Shown piece after piece: positions 14,866 through 21,697 of a stretch of 32,000 nt of DNA. Both the position numbers and the translations under genes were made by a program. Below the pieces are notes generated by a model that had not been told where the DNA came from, ran no database searches, and saw only the letters and a program-made list of their open reading frames with translations. The stretch is taken from NCBI RefSeq assembly GCF_000354175.2, contig NC_022359.1, forward strand, positions 1,500,001 through 1,532,000, written 5' to 3'. Each line of letters opens with the position of its first letter. Positions within the stretch are counted from its first letter, which is position 1. This DNA comes from Vibrio alginolyticus NBRC 15630 = ATCC 17749. Its GTDB lineage: Bacteria; Pseudomonadota; Gammaproteobacteria; Enterobacterales; Vibrionaceae.

Positions 14866-16611
14866 ATGCAAGTAACAAAAATTGCAGCAGCAATTGCTAT
14901 TTCCACAGGTTTGTTAACCGGATGTAACACTGATTTAAGGGATGCACCATCGGCTCCCCCACCAACAGAAACTGAGTCTGAGTTGAGCCAAGGTATGTGG
15001 GATATTTCAACACCAGCCACTGTGGCGAAATCCGATGATGAGCACGACCTGCCAAACGTCTATGTCTTTGAAGACGGTACGCAAAAGTATTATAACGATG
15101 ATGATAACTTCGGTACTTACACAATCTACACTTCAACTTATACCGAAGATAAAGATACAGAGACGCTTACATTCAACCTTTATGACGAGAGCGATCTAAG
15201 TAACCCTACCGAGTTAACAGGGACTTATGAAGTTTCAAACGGCATGTTAACCATCTCAGGAACAAATGACGGAAACTTCACCGGTAACGATGAATCAGAA
15301 AACGATGCGGTGAAAGATGCAGTTGCAGCGGCAAATAATGACGCTGGCGATAACAACGTCGTACAAATTTTGGATACCAATAAAGGTGGAACAGAAGAAG
15401 ACACCGGTGAGTTACGAATCAAGCTGTCTGATTCAACGAGTGTTTCAGAAATTTCAACAGGCCGACTAACTGTAGATCTAACTTACCAGCATCATGAAGA
15501 AACAGAACAGGAAGCCGACGGTTCTGGTGACAATGCTTACATCTCATTTTATGCAGCAAAAACCTCGAATTCCAACTTGCATGGCGAAGTGGCATTTGAA
15601 AACGGCAAAATCAAATACCGCGATGCAAGTGGAAACTTGACGGAAACAGGCGACACGTTTGAGTTAGGTGAAAACCTCGCGATAGAAGTCAGTTGGGTAG
15701 AAAACTTCTTCTCTTTTTCGGTTAACGGTAAACAAATAGGTGAAATGTTACCTGTCGCTGATGGCACCGCTGTAACTTATGTATCACTGAGACTAGGTGA
15801 TAATGGCAACACTACAAACTTTGAATTAAATGCAGACAACTTGAAGATTTACTCTAGTGATTCGGGCTCTGAAGTGTTGGTTCTAGAAGAGGATTTTGAC
15901 AACTACATTCCAGGCTTAGACCTCGCGACAATTTACAACAGTGCATCAAGCGAAGCGGTTGTCATTTCAGACGGAAGTTCTAATCCTGATAAACCGTCAG
16001 AAGACGTGAGTGAAAACTTTGACTCATACCCAGTAGGAACAAATATCAGTTCAGCAAACTCTAGTTGGAAAGAATACAATACGGTTGCTGATGACTCCTC
16101 CACCTTGACGTCCGTGGCTGTAGTAAGTGATGATGTATCAAAGAGCGGCGCTAACTCTCTGCTAATATCCGACACAGATACGACCAACAAACCATACGTT
16201 ACGCGCGAGTTTTCAAACGGAGCAACATCAAACGGTAGCGTGTCATTCGATGTTTACATTCCGTCAGACAACGAAAAAACTACATACATTAATGTTGGCT
16301 CAGGTAAAAACAACTCAGATCGTTACTACGAATTGAGAATTTCGGGCAGTGGTAAAGTTGAAGCCGAAGCAGGATCAGATGACGTAGAAATAGGCACTAT
16401 TACGACTGACGCTTGGAACTCAATGTCCCTAGCTTGGGATGGTGATGAGATTAACGTTTCTATTAATGGAAAAACGGTTGATGCGCCAAGCCAGTCCGAA
16501 ACAGGCTTAGACGCAACGAATACACCATCACAACTGACTATTTATGTAGGGGACACAAGTGGTGCTTCAACAAAAGCATATTTCGATAACATCGATTCAA
16601 AGCAACTCTAG
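14866..16611 (+). CDS. Acidic surface lipoprotein of unknown function with repeated beta-sandwich (LamG/ConA-like) modules
   Basis: 581 aa with the lipobox LTGC and a D/E/S/T/N-rich composition. Two modules are each introduced by (E/D)xFDxY (EEDFDNY, SENFDSY). Each ends in a similar pattern (FSFSVNGKQIG...NADNLKIY and LAWDGDEINVSINGKTV...AYFDNID). No PL7 catalytic motifs are present. Confidence 0.8.
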   Translation: MQVTKIAAAIAISTGLLTGCNTDLRDAPSAPPPTETESELSQGMWDISTPATVAKSDDEHDLPNVYVFEDGTQKYYNDDDNFGTYTIYTSTYTEDKDTETLTFNLYDESDLSNPTELTGTYEVSNGMLTISGTNDGNFTGNDESENDAVKDAVAAANNDAGDNNVVQILDTNKGGTEEDTGELRIKLSDSTSVSEISTGRLTVDLTYQHHEETEQEADGSGDNAYISFYAAKTSNSNLHGEVAFENGKIKYRDASGNLTETGDTFELGENLAIEVSWVENFFSFSVNGKQIGEMLPVADGTAVTYVSLRLGDNGNTTNFELNADNLKIYSSDSGSEVLVLEEDFDNYIPGLDLATIYNSASSEAVVISDGSSNPDKPSEDVSENFDSYPVGTNISSANSSWKEYNTVADDSSTLTSVAVVSDDVSKSGANSLLISDTDTTNKPYVTREFSNGATSNGSVSFDVYIPSDNEKTTYINVGSGKNNSDRYYELRISGSGKVEAEAGSDDVEIGTITTDAWNSMSLAWDGDEINVSINGKTVDAPSQSETGLDATNTPSQLTIYVGDTSGASTKAYFDNIDSKQL

Positions 16612-16636
16612 TGTTATTTTGTAGCACTTGATACTA

Positions 16637-16667
16637 GGCCAGGCTTTCGAGCCTGGCTTTATTTTTT
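16637..16667 (+). terminator. Rho-independent terminator after the lipoprotein gene
   Basis: Stem GGCCAGGCT/AGCCTGGCT with loop TTCG, followed by TTTATTTTTT. Confidence 0.85.
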
Positions 16668-16770
16668 ACCTCTTCAGAAGAACAAAATTCAACACAATAC
16701 TCTAAATTCAAGCCAGTCCCAGTGATTGCTTGCTCTATCTTGTTTCTTACCTTTTAAAGAATTCCACTGA

Positions 16771-16801
16771 AAACAAAAGCCTCATCAAATCGATGAGGCT
16801 T
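16771..16801 (-). terminator. Rho-independent terminator after the single-domain PL7 lyase gene
   Basis: 10-bp stem AAGCCTCATC/GATGAGGCTT with a 5-nt loop, followed on the minus strand by TTTTGTTT. Confidence 0.8.
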
Positions 16802-16838
16802 AAGTAGAAATCGAGTAGCTCTTAGTTTTCTATTAGTT

Positions 16839-17882
16839 TCAATTTTGATTTAGCTTGAGCTTAGAAAATGTCACGCTGTTATAGTCACCGTTTTTCTTGT
16901 CGACTGAAAAATCACCGGTGCCCGCACATCCTGTACCCCACACAGGGTGAGACTCACTGACGCTACATTGACCATAAGCTCCTGCTTTAAAATAGAACAT
17001 GTCTTCTGCGTAGCCATGCTCAAAGTCCTTACTATCAATCCCCTTACTGAGATCTATGGAATAATTCACTGTCTCGTGGCGTTCTGTTTCAAACGTCAAG
17101 TTCATCATAGTTCCTTGAACTTCTATCTTGTAGCTGAACTCTTCACCAAGAGCGATACCAGCTTGGCCTGGTTCTTCAAGGTTATCCCAAGTATTTCCCC
17201 ATACTGGATATGCAATATCAATACGATTTGGATCTTCCTTCGCTAGGTTACGCTCGTAGTTCCAAAATACAGAGCCCATTTTGTGTTCTGGGAATTTTTT
17301 ATAGAAGATTTTAATGGGTTCATTTCCATGTCCATAACCTTTACCCTCTTTTATTCTTGCATCAATTTTTTTCGCGTGGATTTGACCGACAACAACAGAA
17401 TGAGCAGGCCCTTTTTCTGGAAATTTGGCGTGTTCAGAAACATGGTTCACTTTCAAGGTCGCTTCCAACGTTCCACCTACGCGACTGTGTTTAGCAGCCT
17501 GAGGGTGGCTCGATAAAGCCCAATGGTTTGCTAAATCATCGGTTTGAATAGAAAAGTCAGCGCCACGAGGCATTTCACGTAGTTCAGAGCGAGCATTCTT
17601 CGAGTTTTTTGTCGTTACCGCTTTATTCTGCACTTCAAACACCAAGTTGCCTTCTTCGTTCAAGAAGAAGAAGTCTTTGTGTGAATAACTCAGCATCGCC
17701 ACACCCTCGATTTCGTCCACTTTTCCGTCTTCATTGATATCGGAAGGAATAGTGATCTTCCAGTTTCGCATATCAAATTTATCGGCAGGGACTGGATAAT
17801 CAACGCCATTATTTAAATCAGAAGCGATAGCAAGAGTTGGTAAGGTAACAGCCATTGCGGCTACGAGTAGATTGAGTTTCAT
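16839..17882 (-). CDS. Secreted single-domain PL7 alginate lyase
   Basis: The ORF track starts at TTG 17888. ATG 17882 is preferred (MKLNLLVAAMAV..., cleavage at AIA-SD), giving 347 aa. PL7 motifs seen: RSELREM, VGQIHAKK, YFKAGAYGQ. Confidence 0.9.
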   Translation of the reverse strand: MKLNLLVAAMAVTLPTLAIASDLNNGVDYPVPADKFDMRNWKITIPSDINEDGKVDEIEGVAMLSYSHKDFFFLNEEGNLVFEVQNKAVTTKNSKNARSELREMPRGADFSIQTDDLANHWALSSHPQAAKHSRVGGTLEATLKVNHVSEHAKFPEKGPAHSVVVGQIHAKKIDARIKEGKGYGHGNEPIKIFYKKFPEHKMGSVFWNYERNLAKEDPNRIDIAYPVWGNTWDNLEEPGQAGIALGEEFSYKIEVQGTMMNLTFETERHETVNYSIDLSKGIDSKDFEHGYAEDMFYFKAGAYGQCSVSESHPVWGTGCAGTGDFSVDKKNGDYNSVTFSKLKLNQN

Positions 17883-17885
17883 GTT

Positions 17886-17930
17886 CAAACCTTATTATAT
17901 GTAATATTGTCATACATATAATAAGGTTTG
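17886..17930. repeat. 18-bp perfect inverted repeat (9-nt spacer) covering the RBS of the PL7 lyase
   Basis: CAAACCTTATTATATGTA (17886..17903) and TACATATAATAAGGTTTG (17913..17930) are exact reverse complements. On the minus-strand mRNA the 3' arm contains the SD UAAGGU and ends 3 nt before the AUG. Confidence 0.85.
17907..17917. promoter_or_regulatory. Predicted operator (site G) TTGTCATACAT
   Basis: It lies in the spacer and right arm of the 18-bp inverted repeat. ATTGTCATACA is identical to site C at 4767. Confidence 0.45.
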
Positions 17931-18079
17931 CAAAGGAATGATTCGAGGAAAGAAGTTATGATGTGCTCTATTGATCACAATTTATAAACTCGATAAACCC
18001 CAAAATGATAAGCTATACATACTCCTCTTTAGTCCATACCATCTACGAATCTTTTCGACCTAATCCGAAAGTCATAGGA

Positions 18080-19438
18080 TCAATCGTACATTAGCTTGTC
18101 TGCCTTATTAATATCGAAATCTTTCAGAGACTTACGTGCTAAATGCCTAAATGGCCATGCCTTAACAATTTCTTCAAACGGCATGATTGCAAACACCCAA
18201 AACACTGAAAGGTCCAAGTATAAAATCATCAAAGCACATAACGGTATTGAGATTACCCACTGACCGGTAAAGTTAATCTTAAACACCTCCGTTGTTTTAC
18301 CTAACGCTCTCAAAATATGACCATGAACGGTGTTATAGCCACGTACTATCGGTAGCAGTATGTAAAGTGGAGCAATCGCGGATAACGCTTTGTAAGTACT
18401 CGGGTCTAAGTCGGGATACAAATCAGGAAGAACGAAACTAAGTGCAAAAAAGAAAAATGCTGAAACGAACGAGATCATCACGGCCATATCAATACTAATA
18501 TCGACATTGTTACGCAGCTCATCCATTTTTCTTGATCCAATTGCTTGGCTAATCGTGATTGCCGATGAATGCGCCCAAGCAGTAATGAACTGAGTACCCG
18601 CTTTGATCCAAGGCATCACGATAGTCATAGCGACATAAGCATTTAAGGTCAGTTGCGAGTACAGCAACATGTATATCGTTGCGCCAGTTTGTAACATTGT
18701 GACGTTCGCCGCGACGGGGAAAATCTCTTTAAAATGCTTATGTATATTGCTTTTCAATGACGCATCAAGCTTCTTAATAGACAAGATGATAGAATCATCA
18801 AGCTTAATGCACATGGTTAAATATAACAGCCGAATACTAATAGCAACCAAACTACCCGCCGCGGCGCCTTGAACGCCAATACCTTCAAAATTAGTCAGGC
18901 CGTGAATCAGAACATAAGACATCGCCACGTTGACTGGCAATTCAATCAAATAGCCTTTAAATGGAACTTTGGTCCGTCCAAGCGCATTGAACACCGCAAT
19001 CATAACCTGAGTAATGGCATTGAATATGACGATGAACTTAGCAATTGCAAGGTAGCATTTTGTCTCCGCATAGAGATCAACGTTATCCGTCAACTTACTG
19101 ATTAACGCTTCATCAAAGACAGTAATCAACAGCCAGAATAAGGATGCGACTAGAACGTTGATAACTAAAGCTGCCCAGAAACCTTTATTTAACGATAGAT
19201 AATGACCAGAGCCTACGGCACGGCTAAGTACCAATTGAGACCCATTTGCTAGAGCCATTTGGATGCCTAAAACGAAAGAAACTATTGTTGTAGCAATCCC
19301 CATAGCAGCAAGTGAAACTTCACCTAATGGCGTAACAAGCAGCGTATCAATCATAAGCATTGATTGCATCAACAAAGCATTAAGAGCGAGCGGCCAAGCA
19401 AGAGATAAATTTTTCTTTATATATGGTTGGGAAAACAT
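18080..19438 (-). CDS. MATE-family efflux transporter
   Basis: 452 aa and about 12 TM segments. The N-terminus LSLAWPLALNALLMQSMLMIDTLLVTPLGEVSLAAMG is typical of the MatE/NorM family. The gene is 120 nt downstream of the GntR gene on the same strand. Confidence 0.85.
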   Translation of the reverse strand: MFSQPYIKKNLSLAWPLALNALLMQSMLMIDTLLVTPLGEVSLAAMGIATTIVSFVLGIQMALANGSQLVLSRAVGSGHYLSLNKGFWAALVINVLVASLFWLLITVFDEALISKLTDNVDLYAETKCYLAIAKFIVIFNAITQVMIAVFNALGRTKVPFKGYLIELPVNVAMSYVLIHGLTNFEGIGVQGAAAGSLVAISIRLLYLTMCIKLDDSIILSIKKLDASLKSNIHKHFKEIFPVAANVTMLQTGATIYMLLYSQLTLNAYVAMTIVMPWIKAGTQFITAWAHSSAITISQAIGSRKMDELRNNVDISIDMAVMISFVSAFFFFALSFVLPDLYPDLDPSTYKALSAIAPLYILLPIVRGYNTVHGHILRALGKTTEVFKINFTGQWVISIPLCALMILYLDLSVFWVFAIMPFEEIVKAWPFRHLARKSLKDFDINKADKLMYD

Positions 19439-19558
19439 TAGTAAACCTTTGTAATGAGGTTAAACGTTTAAACTAAAGAGCTCGGTCATTAGGCAAAGTT
19501 CATGACAAAAAGAAACGACAGAAAAATCTTTTTAGTCAATAAAGGTGTACGCAAGCTC

Positions 19559-20275
19559 TTAACTATTCACGGCGTCGGAAAGCCTCTGATTCTCATCATT
19601 TAACAGCGTTTGAGAGGCTAAACGAGCTTGAAATGAGTTTCCGACCATAATTGCATCATAAATTGCACGGTGCTCATTAAGGCAGAACCTCCCTCCTTCA
19701 ACTGACTTGTCAATAAACACCTTAAATATGGTCGAAAGTATATTGCTGAAGGGAACGTAGAATTGATTATCGGTACAAAGGAATATCGTTTGATGAAACA
19801 AATGATCGTTAGCAATCCACTCGTCATAATCGTGACATCGTGCTGCCATCGTCATTCTTTGAAATACAATTGACAACAGCTTTCTTTGCTCAGCATTGGC
19901 ATTTTGGGCTGCCAGCGCACACGCCTCTGGTTCTATGGCTTTACGCAATCCTAAAAACTGAGATAGAAACGGCTTAGTATCTTCTAAATCTTGGATCCAC
20001 TCTAAGAGTTGAGGATCAAGAAAATGCCAATAGTTTCTTGGTAGTACCGTAGTTCCAACTTTTGGTTTAGAGATAATTAAGCCTTTAGCAGACAGCAACT
20101 TCGTCGACTCTCGTAGTGCTGTCCGACTAACACCAAACAACTTACACAGTTCTATTTCACTCGGGAGCTTCTCATTTTGACTTAATTCTCCTGACAATAT
20201 TTTGCGAGAAATCTGTCTTGCTACTTGTACATGTATCTTGTGATTTGAATTCCCGAGAAGTGAAAACTCTGCCAT
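19559..20275 (-). CDS. GntR-family transcriptional regulator, FadR subfamily (FCD effector domain), paralog 1
   Basis: 238 aa with an N-terminal winged HTH (LPSEIELCKLFGVSRTALRESTKLLSAKGLIISKPKVGTTV) and an all-helical C-terminal domain. GAGGAA RBS. Confidence 0.92.
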   Translation of the reverse strand: MAEFSLLGNSNHKIHVQVARQISRKILSGELSQNEKLPSEIELCKLFGVSRTALRESTKLLSAKGLIISKPKVGTTVLPRNYWHFLDPQLLEWIQDLEDTKPFLSQFLGLRKAIEPEACALAAQNANAEQRKLLSIVFQRMTMAARCHDYDEWIANDHLFHQTIFLCTDNQFYVPFSNILSTIFKVFIDKSVEGGRFCLNEHRAIYDAIMVGNSFQARLASQTLLNDENQRLSDAVNS

Positions 20276-20505
20276 CTATATTCCTCATTGCCAGCAGCCT
20301 AAACGACTTGTTTAGCTAATAATTAGAAAAGGCCAAATGAAACACGCTTTGAAGGCGGAGACTTTCTGTGTAAATGTAAAGCACTGTTATTTAGCGTCTA
20401 AAATCTAACGATCTTATGAATATGATTTTTACTCGCGAGGTATATTGGCCAAACTCAATATTGAATGGTCGAGTAGTAACATCATGCACACCGATCTTTA
20501 GTATA

Positions 20506-20516
20506 TAATAATACAA
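20506..20516. promoter_or_regulatory. Predicted operator variant (site H), reverse complement TTGTATTATTA
   Basis: It lies in the 560-bp divergent region between the two GntR genes. It shares GATATTGTATTATTA with site J and a 15-mer with site F. Confidence 0.4.
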
Positions 20517-20804
20517 TATCACTTTATTTAACAAGAAACCTGATCTTCTATTCAAATTGTGTGCTGTGTATTGAAAATCAGTGAGTACAATAAGTAGGCG
20601 CGACTAGAGTTAACTAACATATTGAGCTAACAAATAAATAAGGAATGATGTAAGAATCGGTGGCCTCATCTGTTATACGCTAAGTATCATAATCATGAAG
20701 GCTTCATAAAGCAGTCGGAGACTCAAAATGGATTTGTGAAGACAGCTGTTATTACGTAAACATCTTCTTGGTGAGCTACACTTTGGATGATATAGTCCAA
20801 GCTT

Positions 20805-20815
20805 AAATAATACAA
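20805..20815. promoter_or_regulatory. Predicted operator variant (site I), reverse complement TTGTATTATTT
   Basis: It lies 21 nt upstream of the ATG of GntR paralog 2, a position consistent with autoregulation. Confidence 0.4.
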
Positions 20816-20835
20816 TTTTAACGATAAGTGATTTT

Positions 20836-21555
20836 ATGTCTGGTGAATTTCATTCTATCTCCGGTTCCAAGCGCAGCTTACATGTACAAGTAGCTCGCGA
20901 AATTGCTCGTAGCATTTTGTCAGGCAAGATCCCTCAAGGGTCCATTCTTCCAGGAGAAATGTCCCTGTGTGAACAGTTTGGTATCAGTCGCACAGCTTTG
21001 CGTGAAGCCGTAAAACTTTTAACATCAAAAGGTTTACTCGAGTCACGTCCAAAAGTTGGTACTCGAGTCATCAACCGAGCGTACTGGAACTTTTTAGACC
21101 CACAATTAATTGAATGGATGGACGGTCTAACAGAGATAGATCAGTTCTGTCATCAATTTTTGGGGTTACGACGCGCGATAGAGCCTGAAGCTTGTGCACT
21201 AGCAGCGAAAAATGCCACTGCGGAACAGCGAATTCAGCTATCAGAAGCATTCCAAGATATGTTGGAAGTCGCTAAAGCAGACGAACTGGACAAAGCGCGC
21301 TGGATGGATGTAGATATTCGTTTCCATAGCATTATTTTTAACTCAACCGGAAACGACTTTTTCTTACCGTTTGGGCATGTTCTGACTACAATGTTCATTA
21401 ACTTTATTGCTCACTCATCTGAGGAAGGCAATACGTGCATCGAAGAACATCGTGAGATTTATGAAGCAATAATGGCAGGCAATGCTGAAAAAGCACGTCA
21501 AGCTTCGGCTAACCACTTGTTGGAGTCAAAACATCGCTTACCCGAAGCCAGTTAA
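20836..21555 (+). CDS. GntR-family transcriptional regulator, FadR subfamily, paralog 2
   Basis: 239 aa, collinear with paralog 1. Matching blocks are LHVQVAREIARSILSG, FGISRTALREAVKLLTSKGLLESRPKVGTRV, LDPQLIEWM and LRRAIEPEACALAA. Confidence 0.92.
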   Translation: MSGEFHSISGSKRSLHVQVAREIARSILSGKIPQGSILPGEMSLCEQFGISRTALREAVKLLTSKGLLESRPKVGTRVINRAYWNFLDPQLIEWMDGLTEIDQFCHQFLGLRRAIEPEACALAAKNATAEQRIQLSEAFQDMLEVAKADELDKARWMDVDIRFHSIIFNSTGNDFFLPFGHVLTTMFINFIAHSSEEGNTCIEEHREIYEAIMAGNAEKARQASANHLLESKHRLPEAS

Positions 21556-21586
21556 GCTTAGGGCTTGGGCGATCTAATAACTAGGC

Positions 21587-21613
21587 AAAAGCACGCATCT
21601 CGCGTGCTTTTTT
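21587..21613 (+). terminator. Rho-independent terminator after GntR paralog 2
   Basis: Stem AAAAGCACGC/GCGTGCTTTT with a 5-nt loop and a T-run. Confidence 0.75.
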
Positions 21614-21663
21614 AATTTCGTTTCCTCCAATTCTTTATGGCACACCATCAATATTTTGATATA

Positions 21664-21674
21664 TAGTAATACAA
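21664..21674. promoter_or_regulatory. Predicted GntR/FadR-type operator (site K) TAGTAATACAA
   Basis: It fits TNGTNNNACNA. It lies 24 nt upstream of the ATG of the nucleotidyltransferase gene and downstream of the preceding terminator. Confidence 0.45.
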
Positions 21675-21697
21675 ATGTATTTTGAGAATGTTGTGTT

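Noticed and set aside
11927-19454. Short ORFs nested in the lyase, porin, lipoprotein and MATE genes. Examples are 11927..12124, 12166..12348, 12284..12490, 13787..14222, 14829..15136, 15225..16190, 16947..17516, 18669..19105 and 19263..19454.
   Set aside because: For the same reason, these are shadow ORFs within well-supported genes, with no independent signals.
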